64,000 nt of DNA from Ignavibacteriae bacterium HGW-Ignavibacteriae-4 (GCA_002839765.1 PGYR01000005.1:1-64000), one strand, 5' to 3'; positions 29,239 through 39,262 are shown, counted from the stretch's first letter. The notes: generated from the sequence alone by a model not told the origin. Made by a program: numbers and translations.

Positions 29239-29649
29239 TTATCCCAAACCCTCTACAAAATCTTTCGCATAAGCATCTATCTCATCTCTTACCGATGCGA
29301 AAATAGCAGCCACTTCTTCTTCAGTTCCTTTAGCAGATGCTGGATCTGGGAAGCTATGGTGCAATTTTTTATGATTACCAGGTAATATAGGGCAACGTTC
29401 CTTTGCATTGTCACAAACGGTTAATACGTAGTCATACTCTATAATAGGCAGATTATCTATAGTATCTGAAGTATGATTAGAAATATCAATCCCAATGGCA
29501 GCCATAGTTTTGATTGCATTTGGGTTAACTCCGTGTGCCTCTATACCAGCTGAATATACGTTATGTCCTTCTCCCAAATACTTACGGAATAGTCCTTCTG
29601 CTATTTGGCTACGGCAAGAATTACCAGTGCATAATATTAGTAAATTCAT
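29239..29649 (-). CDS. arsC: arsenate reductase, LMW-PTP type, second paralog
   Basis: [14 protein letters not shown]; ~70% identical to 28002..28409. Confidence 0.8.
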   Translation of the reverse strand: MNLLILCTGNSCRSQIAEGLFRKYLGEGHNVYSAGIEAHGVNPNAIKTMAAIGIDISNHTSDTIDNLPIIEYDYVLTVCDNAKERCPILPGNHKKLHHSFPDPASAKGTEEEVAAIFASVRDEIDAYAKDFVEGLG

Positions 29650-30695
29650 TTTTCCTCTCCACTATAATATTTTTTCTTTAACCAAAATGATACTCTAACA
29701 AGTAGTATTAGTGCAGGCACTTCTACTAGTGGACCTACAACACCTGCGAATGCTTGCCCCGAATTCAATCCGAATACGGCTATTGCTACTGCGATAGCTA
29801 ACTCGAAATTATTACCCGCTGCTGTGAATGATATAGCGGCGTTTTTGTCGTATTCAGTCCCCATATATTTGCTTATAAAAAATCCGATTAAGAACATCAA
29901 AGCAAAGTATATAAGTAGTGGAACTGCGATTATTAATACATCTGTCGGTATTTCTACTATCAACTCTCCTTTTAGTGAGAACATAACTACAATAGTAAAT
30001 AACAAAGCTATTAGCGTAAGAGGCGATATAGTGGGTATAAATTTATTTTCATACCATTGCTTTCCTTTTAGCTTTACAAGCACTGTACGGCTCAATATAC
30101 CTAGTAAAAAGGGTATTCCTAAATAAATTGCTACACTTTCTGCGATTAACGATATAGGAATATCTATAATTGCACTTTCGAATCCGAAATAAGGCGGCAG
30201 TATTGTGATAAAAAACCAAGCATAGAAACTATATGTAAAAACTTGGAATATACTGTTGAGCGCCACTAATCCTGCTCCATATTCGCTATTCCCCTCTGCC
30301 AAATCATTCCATACAAGCACCATTGCTATGCATCGAGCCAGACCGATGAGAATAAGCCCTACCATATACTCTGGGTAATCATGGAGGAAAGTGATAGCAA
30401 GCAAGAACATCAGCACTGGACCTATAATCCAGTTTAGTACGAGTGAGATTGACAGTACTTTGGTGTTTTTGAATATCTGTGGCAATAGTTTATAATTGAC
30501 TTTTGCAAGTGGTGGATACATCATTATAATCAACCCGATTGCTATTGGAATATTCGTAGTTCCTTTGCTCATAGAATCGATTAATAATGGCATAGATGGT
30601 ACGAAGTACCCAAGAGCAACGCCTAACGCCATGGCAATAAATATCCATAGCGTTAGGTAGTTGTCTAAAAAACTTAAGCGTTTTTCCGTCATCAT
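29646..30695 (-). CDS. acr3: ACR3-family arsenite efflux transporter
   Basis: 349 aa, ~10 TM, N-terminal [13 protein letters not shown] typical of Acr3; 4-bp overlap with arsC. Confidence 0.75.
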   Translation of the reverse strand: MMTEKRLSFLDNYLTLWIFIAMALGVALGYFVPSMPLLIDSMSKGTTNIPIAIGLIIMMYPPLAKVNYKLLPQIFKNTKVLSISLVLNWIIGPVLMFLLAITFLHDYPEYMVGLILIGLARCIAMVLVWNDLAEGNSEYGAGLVALNSIFQVFTYSFYAWFFITILPPYFGFESAIIDIPISLIAESVAIYLGIPFLLGILSRTVLVKLKGKQWYENKFIPTISPLTLIALLFTIVVMFSLKGELIVEIPTDVLIIAVPLLIYFALMFLIGFFISKYMGTEYDKNAAISFTAAGNNFELAIAVAIAVFGLNSGQAFAGVVGPLVEVPALILLVRVSFWLKKKYYSGEEK

Positions 30696-31214
30696 TTATC
30701 CGAGTTTAATCGGTGCTTGTGGTGTACAGCAAGAAGCAGATTCTGCTTCAGTAGTACAGCAATCATTATCAACCTGTGGAGTACAACAAGCAGTGGCGTC
30801 AGTCGAAGCATACTTTGGATCGTTGAACTCAACGTCACTATTGAAAGTATAAATTTCCCATTGGTGACCGTCTGGGTCAGTCACCCAAAACTTATCCTGA
30901 TTTGCATAACAGCAATTAGTACCCATTTCTTCTAGTACGTCGAGGTTATTGCTCTTCGCTTGCTCTAGCCTATTTACCACTACGTCTAGCGAGTCTGCTA
31001 CGAAACCTAAGTGACCGAAATTAGACTTTACTCGGTCTTTATTTTGTACAAAGCTGATTACTAGAGCTGGATTCTCAAGCTCAAATTTCACATAATCACT
31101 TTTCACTTTTGTAGCTTTTTGATTGAAAAAAAGCTCATAAAATTCTTTTGTTCTAGCGGCATCTGCCACATATAAACTAACATGCATTTTCATAATACTA
31201 CCTCTTAGCAGCAA
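30696..31214 (-). CDS. glyoxalase/VOC-fold protein, ArsI-like (candidate C-As lyase) with Cys-rich C-terminal tail
   Basis: VOC fold features, vicinal Cys pair GTNCCYAN near residue 100 as in ArsI, C-terminal CCTPQ/CCTTE/CCTPQ repeats; ars operon context. Confidence 0.5.
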   Translation of the reverse strand: MLLRGSIMKMHVSLYVADAARTKEFYELFFNQKATKVKSDYVKFELENPALVISFVQNKDRVKSNFGHLGFVADSLDVVVNRLEQAKSNNLDVLEEMGTNCCYANQDKFWVTDPDGHQWEIYTFNSDVEFNDPKYASTDATACCTPQVDNDCCTTEAESASCCTPQAPIKLG

Positions 31215-31531
31215 TTAATTGGATTTATTTTCTTTAATAGTTCGTCAAAAAGTTGTTTCATCTCATCGTATCGGTCAGAGTTTATGCAATAGCACACCCT
31301 CTTCCCATCGATGTCACCGGTTATAAGCTCACTGTCTTTCAACACTTGCAAATGCTGAAGCACAGTAGTACGCCCCAGTGGAATGGCATCTGTTATATCA
31401 CCTGTTATGCATACTTTGGATTCGGCCAAAAACCTAAGTATAGCAATGCGCGCTGGGTGAGATATTGCCTTAGCATAGACAGCGGCCTGCTGCTGCTCGG
31501 CTGGAAATATTTCCGATTTATTAGATATCAT
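31205..31531 (-). CDS. arsR: ArsR/SmtB-family metalloregulator
   Basis: wHTH AISHPARIAILRFLAE...VCITGDI with Cys in the sensing position; first gene of ars cluster. Confidence 0.75.
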   Translation of the reverse strand: MISNKSEIFPAEQQQAAVYAKAISHPARIAILRFLAESKVCITGDITDAIPLGRTTVLQHLQVLKDSELITGDIDGKRVCYCINSDRYDEMKQLFDELLKKINPINCC

Positions 31532-31704
31532 GATAACTCAAATATTTGTTTTTTCTTTATGTCGTAAACATACGACACGAAATTAAGAAATATATTTTAA
31601 CTTGCAAGAAAAAAAGATTATTTATTTTTTTTACCCCGAGGTCACAAAGTACTCATCACTCTGAGGCAGCGTAGCAACCGAAGAGTCTTCTTTGTTTTTG
31701 TTAC

Positions 31705-31733
31705 GAACTGTAAAGACGTATTGAATACGTCTC
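31705..31733. repeat. Direct repeat C, copy 1 (29 bp, contains 19-bp palindrome agacgtatt-g-aatacgtct)
   Basis: gaactgtaaagacgtattgaatacgtctc; second copy 34444..34472 with 1 mismatch. Confidence 0.8.
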
Positions 31734-31748
31734 TACGAAGAGCCAAAT

Positions 31749-31796
31749 ATAAAATAAAAAAGCCCATACCACCGAAGTGGTACAGGCCTTGGGCTT
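31749..31796 (-). terminator. Rho-independent terminator downstream of 31814..33766
   Basis: Minus strand: aagcccaaggcctgtaccac-ttcg-gtggtatgggctt (nested stem, UUCG-type loop) followed by TTTTTTATTTT. Confidence 0.75.
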
Positions 31797-31813
31797 AACA
31801 TGAGGATGAGGGT

Positions 31814-33766
31814 TTATTCTATTATTATTCTCTGAAGTGCTTGCTCTCCTTTCTCGGATTTAACTACTACATAGTACAATCCGGGGTTTACACCTGTTAG
31901 ATTTAGTGATTCACTCGTATTACCTTTGCCGAGTGACATTCCAGTTTTTACATTCTTAATCAGCTTTCCTGATAAATCATAAATTGAAATTGAGATTACT
32001 CTGCTATCTTCCAACTCAAACTCTACATTGGAATTAGAAGTAGCTGGATTTGGGAATACTTTCATTTCCTTGATAGCTCCCGAACAACCGCTCCATACAT
32101 CCATAACAGCATCTTTCTTCTCTATCGGCTCATTTTCGCAATGATCATTTTGCTCTGTTAATGCAACCAATTCTGGGTTGATTTTCTCTAATATATTCTT
32201 TGGTAATCTTTTTAGGAAATCCTCAGTTGCCTCGTACCAAACTATAAAGTCAGTATTCACTCCATCAAAACTAATTTCAATAGGGATTAATTCGTTTATG
32301 TTATATTCAAGAAAATCGAATGACATGTTTGAGTACAGTTTTGAACTACTATTATTCGAGTCATTATCTTCATCTCCCCACACTTTTTGACCAGGTTTTA
32401 GTGTAAATTCTTGATTATTCTCTCCTTCATCTACTTCAATTTCTGTTTTGATATTCTGTTTATTGTCTTTTATATCAACGATATTAGAATCTTGCATTGT
32501 AACATTATTGATAGTCACAGAACTTACATTTTCTATATGATAAACTTTTGTCCCCCTCTTCTTCATTCTCTCTTTTTCTTCCTTTGAAAACTCTCTTGGC
32601 TGAGAAATATCACTTATATAAGAATCCTTCTCATAAATTGTGTCTTTCCCTATAATTTTGAATTTCTCCGAGTTTATAACCTTCATATTCGGATTATAAT
32701 TGTGTATTTTTATTCGTATTGGTTCATCACTTTTTATAAGATATTCATTTTCAGCAATTGTGTCTATAGTTGAGCTTGTACCTCTTTTGTTTAGATCATG
32801 AATGTTGTCCGACGATTCAAATACTGTTTTATCATCAAAACTTGTATCTAGATTTATTATACTTTCTTTATGAATCTCAATTACCTCCAAACTATCCGAT
32901 TCCCTTTGAAGTAAGTCTCTCATCTTAGAATTGCTTTGTACTTGTCTCAAAAATTGATTCTTTAAAGAACTATCAGCAGCTGATTGAAGACTATCCCTTA
33001 GTTTTGGATTGTAAAATAAATTTGCCGTTTTATCAATATCAGAATCTGCATTAATACTCTGTTCTATGTTTGTCGTTTGTTTGGAATAACCGTTCTCAAT
33101 ATCTGAATACCTTTCCACGGTCGCCTCCACATTTCCTTTCTTGAACAAAGTAAGAGTCTTGAAGCCAGTGGAAGTAGTCACCATTGCAGGAGTAGGCCAA
33201 GCGTCGTGGTCTTCATCTTTGTTATAGTAGTCGCGTTGCTTTTCGTTATTCTGATTGATAGTATAAGTATATTTGTCGAATGCATTGACTTTGAAATTTT
33301 TGCCAATTATTTCTATACCTAGCTTTGCTAACTCATCTTTTGTAAGTTTTAGCGAGTTCACTGACTTTATGTCAATCCTATTCTCATCAGTTTTTGGAGT
33401 GACTTCTTTCTTATTAACTAATTCATTTTGTACTGGTTGCAAACTGATAATACTAGTCTTAGTCTGTGTTGGCTTATTTTTAGGCGTGTCTATTTCAGCA
33501 TTTGTATTGCTGCTTTGTGATATAATTTTACTCGGTTGCTCTACCCTTACTTCGGGTGAAGACAAACTAAAAAACGCTATTGTAGCAATAGTCGCTACTG
33601 ATGTGATAATCGCTGTTATCATTGGAAATACCTTTATTTTGTTGTACAAATTAGTTGCAATGCCCCCATCGCTCAATTTGCCATAAAGCAGTTTCTTCGC
33701 ATCGTCCTCTTCGTATATGGGCTCTACGTTCCTTGCTTTTTCAAAATATTTGTCCAATTGACTCAT
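31814..33766 (-). CDS. anti-sigma-factor-like membrane protein with large extracytoplasmic region and T9SS C-terminal sorting domain
   Basis: 4-bp ATGA overlap with upstream ECF sigma gene; ~45 cytoplasmic residues then single TM (ITAIITSVATIATIAFFSL); C-terminal VFPNPATSNSNVEF...GLYYVVVKSEKGEQALQRIIIE. Confidence 0.55.
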   Translation of the reverse strand: MSQLDKYFEKARNVEPIYEEDDAKKLLYGKLSDGGIATNLYNKIKVFPMITAIITSVATIATIAFFSLSSPEVRVEQPSKIISQSSNTNAEIDTPKNKPTQTKTSIISLQPVQNELVNKKEVTPKTDENRIDIKSVNSLKLTKDELAKLGIEIIGKNFKVNAFDKYTYTINQNNEKQRDYYNKDEDHDAWPTPAMVTTSTGFKTLTLFKKGNVEATVERYSDIENGYSKQTTNIEQSINADSDIDKTANLFYNPKLRDSLQSAADSSLKNQFLRQVQSNSKMRDLLQRESDSLEVIEIHKESIINLDTSFDDKTVFESSDNIHDLNKRGTSSTIDTIAENEYLIKSDEPIRIKIHNYNPNMKVINSEKFKIIGKDTIYEKDSYISDISQPREFSKEEKERMKKRGTKVYHIENVSSVTINNVTMQDSNIVDIKDNKQNIKTEIEVDEGENNQEFTLKPGQKVWGDEDNDSNNSSSKLYSNMSFDFLEYNINELIPIEISFDGVNTDFIVWYEATEDFLKRLPKNILEKINPELVALTEQNDHCENEPIEKKDAVMDVWSGCSGAIKEMKVFPNPATSNSNVEFELEDSRVISISIYDLSGKLIKNVKTGMSLGKGNTSESLNLTGVNPGLYYVVVKSEKGEQALQRIIIE

Positions 33767-34311
33767 TTGGATACCTTTAGTTTATACACTCGTTCGCTCT
33801 CATTATCATTTGGAATAGTTTTTTTTTCGATTAGTATTTCGGATAGCTTTTCTCTACCTCTTTTCAGTCGTGATTTGACTGCCGATTCAGTGCATTGCTG
33901 CATTTCGGCTATCTCCGAAATCTTGAAACCAGAGATTTCGAATAGCACTATTGCTTCTTTCTGCTCTGGTGGTAATAGCTCCAAAGCTGAGTATAGATTC
34001 TGAACATCTAACTCCACTTCAGCAATATTCCTAACGACCAATGAGTTTTCATTCAGCTCACTTCTGTAATCTATTCGTCCATTACGGACTATTCCATTTT
34101 TGTAGATTCTACTAGAGATGGTAAACAAATAACTTTTGAATGCCGCTCGTTCTTTGACTTGTCCAAAGTTCTCATAGGCAATCAGCAAAGTCTCATTTAT
34201 TATGTCCTTCGCATCAAAAGAACTATTCGCCATCGCCATCACAAATCGGGACAAGTCCTTTCTGATCGGCTCGAATAGTTCTAAAAAAGCTCTTTGTTTT
34301 TGTTTACTCAT
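33763..34311 (-). CDS. ECF-type RNA polymerase sigma-70 factor
   Basis: Region 2 ...IINETLLIAYENFGQV, region 4 HTH ISGFKISEIAEMQQCTESAVKSRLKRGREKL. Confidence 0.8.
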   Translation of the reverse strand: MSKQKQRAFLELFEPIRKDLSRFVMAMANSSFDAKDIINETLLIAYENFGQVKERAAFKSYLFTISSRIYKNGIVRNGRIDYRSELNENSLVVRNIAEVELDVQNLYSALELLPPEQKEAIVLFEISGFKISEIAEMQQCTESAVKSRLKRGREKLSEILIEKKTIPNDNESERVYKLKVSK

Positions 34312-34443
34312 CTAATCCTGTTTATCATCTACAAAGTATAAGTGCGATGAAACTGAAAAAAGTTGCAGAGTAATATAAGAAAAGTTGAAGTTGATTTGAA
34401 ATATATCTGAATCACAGATTAAATGGATTAATAGTTTTTACAT

Positions 34444-34472
34444 GAACTGTAGAGACGTATTGAATACGTCTC
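34444..34472. repeat. Direct repeat C, copy 2
   Basis: gaactgtagagacgtattgaatacgtctc in 447-bp intergenic region upstream of the sigma gene. Confidence 0.8.
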
Positions 34473-34758
34473 AACTCCGCCAATATATTGTCAATACGTC
34501 ACTCTGAACAGAACGAAGTGGAGTGCCTGTGCTGAGCCTAGTCGAAGTAAAGAGTCTATTATTCTGAACAAGATTGTAAGATAGATATGATAATATAACT
34601 ATTATATCACAGTAAGTCCTCCTTGTTAAGGGAGGATTTATGTGGGTTAAGGTTGCTGAGTTAATTATAAAATAAAAAAACCATCTATTTCCTCTTGTAT
34701 TATTTTTAAAATATTATTAAGTTGGTATGATTAAACTAAATAAATCACATCAAGGAAT

Positions 34759-35223
34759 TTGAATGTCATGAAAACTGCACTTATTATAATTAGCATTCTA
34801 CTCTTAGGAATATCGAACATTAACCTAAAGGCAAACCCTGATACTGGCAACAATATAAACGTTTGTGAGGAAGTTGATATCAGCCAAATCGCTGCTTTGC
34901 TTGGATGGAATCAAAGTCAAATTGAAACCGAATCAATGGTTTCCTCTAGTAATCAAAGAAACGGTGTTTGTAGATATGTACATGGAGATGAAGATTTGGT
35001 TATAGTAGTAAAAGAAAGAAATAAGAGTCAAGAGAAAGGAGGAATGGGAAAATCCTTCGGTACAGTTAGTGACGGAAGTGAAAAAGGAGGTGCTAAACAA
35101 ACATATGAATTAAAGAATACAGTTGGCGATTACCAAGTGGAAATGAACTATGGAACTGAAAAGAATTTCGCAGATGCGTACCAGCTAATGGAACAAATAG
35201 CAGCGTTAGTTAATCAGTTGTAA
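34759..35223 (+). CDS. small secreted hypothetical protein
   Basis: Signal peptide MNVMKTALIIISILLLGISNINLKA; 154 aa. Confidence 0.45.
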   Translation: MNVMKTALIIISILLLGISNINLKANPDTGNNINVCEEVDISQIAALLGWNQSQIETESMVSSSNQRNGVCRYVHGDEDLVIVVKERNKSQEKGGMGKSFGTVSDGSEKGGAKQTYELKNTVGDYQVEMNYGTEKNFADAYQLMEQIAALVNQL

Positions 35224-37000
35224 GCGAATCTATTTCCGAAATATCTATTAACCTAATATCAAAGTTAAATTGTTGCATTTCCTTAACAACTTGAACTATC
35301 GAATATTTTGCGATATTTGATTTACTTAGTTCAATTCTTTCTATTGCGTTTGATCCTTTTTTTAAATTACTTTTATAAGCCATAACAAATGTAATCTTAG
35401 ATTTTGTAATCCTATTCATAATTTTATCTATTTCTAAATTTTGATCTTGTTTGGTGTTGATATATTTCAATATAGAATTTCTTAGATAATTGCTTCCTGA
35501 ATGGTTTTTTAGGTCATTTGATAATCTTTTTGCTGATAGTATTATTTGTATGTATAATTCTCTCAGTTTCGTGTTAAAATCATTTTTTACATGAATAAAA
35601 TAAACTTTATCTTCATTGAAAACTAAAATATCACATAACTCAATATTATCAAATATTAATTTATCCATCACTATATGGCTAGTTAGATTAGAATGGCTTA
35701 AGTTATAAGAATCTTCGTCATCATTTTTATTCCAAGGCAATAGCACTTTGTCTTCTAATCTATACTTCGAATAATAACTAATTGCGTCATCATTCATTAA
35801 TTTGAGAAATCTATCTTCTAGTAAATACCAATGATTATCAATTCTAAAATATTTATTACCATAGTCTAACTCAGCGGTTACATGAGAATAGAATGTTGCA
35901 TAAGTTACTTCCCTCTTACCCATTAAACCTCTTATGTTTGTTGTTAACAGTCTCTGTTCTGCGGTAAATCTATCATCAATAGCATTTAAATCATTGTATA
36001 TTAACTTAGTACATTCATAATAAAGATTAGATCTTTCCATAATTATTCTATCATCACTCTTTCTTGAGTTTTTAAACCTTATCAAATATGAATCGCACTC
36101 ATAAAATCTTTCTAACTTAGAAGGATGGACAATTTCGATAATTTCTATTGAATTCTTTGTGAATGATGGTGAGCCATGAGATAAAATGTCATCAATAATT
36201 TTGCTTTTTAATTCCTTATCGAGTTTATATACTAGCTCTGAATCTGAAATTCTGTAAAATAAAGATAATTGTTTAGATTCTCTTTTTTCAGTTATTTCAT
36301 TAAGGTCCATTATTAATTGTTTTAGATCATAATAATCTAATTTTGTCCTTAGAAAAAAATAAGATCCGACTTCTAGTATATTCAAATTATCATCATTGTT
36401 ATATTTCCTAAACAAACCTTTTTTTAATTCATTTCTGATTTTAACTTTCAATTTAATAGGTACTTCTGAATAATTCAATTCTTCAGATAAACTTTGTTCA
36501 AAATTATAAATTTGACTTTTTTGTGAAATATTGTTTGCGACGCCTCTTGTCTGAAGATTTAGTATTACATCATCTTCTGGACTTGCAATTTTCTGATATA
36601 TATCTAACCCATAACTTGGTTGAATAAATTTTTTAATCACATTGATTCCAGAACCACTAATAACACAGTAAATTTGTAAATTGTATTTTATGAATAAAAC
36701 AAATGAAAACTCAGTTATTTTAAAATTATGTCCATAAGTCAAGTCTTCTGGTAAGAATATTGTCCAATAGTTTTTGTCTTTTGGTTGATTAAATGAATAA
36801 GACCAACACTCAAATTCTCCATCCAGAAAGTGAGTTACTTTCGGAGTTAGTCCAGTAACATCATCATAATCATTATGCAAACGTCTAATATGATTTGCTT
36901 TAATAATGTCAATAATCTCTTGAGGTGATTTATCTTTAAATTCATAGTATGATTTATCGATTTGAAATATTTTCAAATTGAATTTTGTATTTTTGTCCAT
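35210..37000 (-). CDS. large orphan hypothetical protein (596 aa), compositionally atypical (very AT-rich)
   Basis: Uninterrupted 1.8-kb ORF; codons dominated by AAT/ATT/AAA/TTT; no signal peptide, no TM; no motif I can confidently assign. Confidence 0.55.
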   Translation of the reverse strand: MDKNTKFNLKIFQIDKSYYEFKDKSPQEIIDIIKANHIRRLHNDYDDVTGLTPKVTHFLDGEFECWSYSFNQPKDKNYWTIFLPEDLTYGHNFKITEFSFVLFIKYNLQIYCVISGSGINVIKKFIQPSYGLDIYQKIASPEDDVILNLQTRGVANNISQKSQIYNFEQSLSEELNYSEVPIKLKVKIRNELKKGLFRKYNNDDNLNILEVGSYFFLRTKLDYYDLKQLIMDLNEITEKRESKQLSLFYRISDSELVYKLDKELKSKIIDDILSHGSPSFTKNSIEIIEIVHPSKLERFYECDSYLIRFKNSRKSDDRIIMERSNLYYECTKLIYNDLNAIDDRFTAEQRLLTTNIRGLMGKREVTYATFYSHVTAELDYGNKYFRIDNHWYLLEDRFLKLMNDDAISYYSKYRLEDKVLLPWNKNDDEDSYNLSHSNLTSHIVMDKLIFDNIELCDILVFNEDKVYFIHVKNDFNTKLRELYIQIILSAKRLSNDLKNHSGSNYLRNSILKYINTKQDQNLEIDKIMNRITKSKITFVMAYKSNLKKGSNAIERIELSKSNIAKYSIVQVVKEMQQFNFDIRLIDISEIDSLTTD

Positions 37001-37149
37001 GATATTACCGAATTATTAAGATTCTATTTGTTATCTATTGACTATTTTTACAATATATGAAAAACTCTAATAAAAAATCTAATTACTACCACCCCCAAAC
37101 ACTCATCCGTCTATTTTATTCTTAACTTGCAATCAAAAAAGTCACAGAA

Positions 37150-37911
37150 ATGAAAATAAAAAGATTTACTATACAGGGCCACGACGGCTACGAGATGTCA
37201 GCAGAACTCGATTTACCTGATGAAGGATATCCAAAGTACTTTTGTATATATGTACCTTGTTTCACTTGCACTAAGAATATTAGAGTTCTAAAACATATCT
37301 CAAAGCAGCTAGTTTCACATGGTATCGCGCTGTTGCGTTTTGATTTCCCAGGGTTAGGCGATTCGGAAGGAGATTTCGCAGAGACTACATACTCCACCAA
37401 TCTGAAAAATATTCGACTAGCAGCGAAGTGGTTGGAAGAGAATTACGAAGCTCCAAAGCTCGGAATAGGCCATTCTATGGGCGGTTCAGCAATGATGAAG
37501 TTTGCTATGGAATATGACCCAATGGAAATATTGGTAACGATTGCAGCACCATCTACTCCCGATCATCTCTGTCACGTACTAGACCGTAACGTAAAGGAAG
37601 CCGAGGAGAAAGGTGCATCCAAACGTACAATTGGCGGTATAGAATTCACACTTACTAAAGATTTCTTCGACGACCTAACTACCAACAGTAAGGAATATGA
37701 CTTATCAAAGTTGAAAAAACCGATATTAGTGCTACACTCACCAGACGACGATACTGTATCGCTAGACGAAGCACGCAAGATATTAGCACAGGTACGCGGA
37801 CACCGCAGCTATATAATGCTTAACAACTATGGCCACCTGATTATGGATGAGGGTAATGCCATCAAAACGGCTGATATTATCTACAATTGGGCTAAGATGT
37901 ATTTGGGGTAG
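37150..37911 (+). CDS. alpha/beta-fold hydrolase
   Basis: Nucleophile elbow GHSMGGS, downstream Asp and His (NYGHL) in expected order. Confidence 0.65.
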   Translation: MKIKRFTIQGHDGYEMSAELDLPDEGYPKYFCIYVPCFTCTKNIRVLKHISKQLVSHGIALLRFDFPGLGDSEGDFAETTYSTNLKNIRLAAKWLEENYEAPKLGIGHSMGGSAMMKFAMEYDPMEILVTIAAPSTPDHLCHVLDRNVKEAEEKGASKRTIGGIEFTLTKDFFDDLTTNSKEYDLSKLKKPILVLHSPDDDTVSLDEARKILAQVRGHRSYIMLNNYGHLIMDEGNAIKTADIIYNWAKMYLG

Positions 37912-37985
37912 TGAAATTCGGTATATGTAAACAAAAGCTATTAATGTGGAGCCTTTATTTTCATTCTTTGCACTAGAAGATTAGT

Positions 37986-38807
37986 TTAATACACGTCTGC
38001 TGTAGTATAAACTTTGGACATAGTAGGGTATTTGACACCTGATTCCTTCTCTTGGGTTAAGATATATCGTACAGCATCTCTAATCCCTTCTAGTTCTATA
38101 ATCTGACTATTACCATCGTGAAGGAAACTACCGAGGTTAATTTGACGGCCTATTTGGGTAATTCCCCATAGGTAGTATTTTTTCCCAGCATTGGAGTTAG
38201 GAAGTTGCTTTACATCTAGATATAATTTTTTGTTTGATTTGTCCCATATTAGAATGACTATTGAATTGGGTGCATTTCTTCGGTTAGCGTTCATTACGTA
38301 GTATCGAGCATTTTCAGTATCGTATAAATTGGATAATGTTACTAAAGAATCTAGGTTATATTTCAATAAATCGACATCTGTTTGAAGTTTTGTATTTACT
38401 TGTTCTATCTCTGTAATCTTTTTGTTCGCTACGTCTAACTTCTGATTTGCTATTATCAAATAATAAATAGTTACAAAAGCCAGTATAGCAATAGCTACAG
38501 TAAGAATGTAAGGTAGTTTTGAGGTTTTCGGAATTACTTTCGTTTCAGTATTAGTCGTTGATTCTTGATCATCCAAATTTGTAATTAGTATCTCTGTCCA
38601 TATTCGATCTTCCATATAGTCGGCGGGACGTATTTCACCAATATCAGCCATTACTGATAGGCTCAAGCTCATCGAAGCTAATTCCTGTGCAATCTCAGGA
38701 TATTTATCTACGGTGGATTCTACATCTAAACGTTCAGCAGGTGTAAGTGTACCAGATAAATAATCCTCCAAAATGCCAGATTCTATATATTGTTTAATAT
38801 CAATCAT
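37986..38807 (-). CDS. anti-sigma factor, RskA-like (single TM, C-terminal periplasmic domain)
   Basis: N-terminal IESGILEDYLSGTLTPAERLDVE anti-sigma N-domain; TM LPYILTVAIAILAFVTIYYLII; 4-bp overlap with sigma gene. Confidence 0.6.
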   Translation of the reverse strand: MIDIKQYIESGILEDYLSGTLTPAERLDVESTVDKYPEIAQELASMSLSLSVMADIGEIRPADYMEDRIWTEILITNLDDQESTTNTETKVIPKTSKLPYILTVAIAILAFVTIYYLIIANQKLDVANKKITEIEQVNTKLQTDVDLLKYNLDSLVTLSNLYDTENARYYVMNANRRNAPNSIVILIWDKSNKKLYLDVKQLPNSNAGKKYYLWGITQIGRQINLGSFLHDGNSQIIELEGIRDAVRYILTQEKESGVKYPTMSKVYTTADVY

Positions 38808-39262
38808 GGGTATATTTTTCTTAGCTCTCTTATAGCTATTCTAATTTTTGATTTTACTGAACCAAAGGGCATACCTAATTTTTTTGATATTTCGGAGTGC
38901 GAATACCCATAGTAGTAGGAGAGCTTTAATATTTCCTTGTGGTCTTTGTCAAGACTATTTAAACAATTCCACAGCTCAGCATTTGCTAATTCTATTTCTG
39001 GGTTTGTTTCAGATACCATATCTACGTTTAGAGAGTCGAATTGGATTTTTTTACTTTCTTTGCCATATCTGATTTTATCAATAGCACCATTACGGCAAAT
39101 ATTGAGCATCCAAGTAAAGAGAGTACCTTTGGAATCATCGAACTTATGGACATATTTGAATACTTTGATGAAGGTCTCTTGGAGAACGTCTTCAGCTATA
39201 TCTGCTTTCTGGGTTATATGCAGAGCAATTCCATACAACTTTGCAGAGTAGTTGTGGTACAG
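38804..39262 (-). CDS. ECF-type sigma-70 factor (N-terminus extended beyond ORF-track TTG start)
   Basis: Region 2/4 motifs (AEDVLQETFIKVF; region 4 YSHSEISKKLGMPFGSVKSKI); in-frame upstream DLINGLKKKDRKCYNYLYHNYSAKLYGIA is canonical sigma region 2.1 but has no ATG/GTG/TTG start. Confidence 0.65.
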   Translation of the reverse strand: MYHNYSAKLYGIALHITQKADIAEDVLQETFIKVFKYVHKFDDSKGTLFTWMLNICRNGAIDKIRYGKESKKIQFDSLNVDMVSETNPEIELANAELWNCLNSLDKDHKEILKLSYYYGYSHSEISKKLGMPFGSVKSKIRIAIRELRKIYP

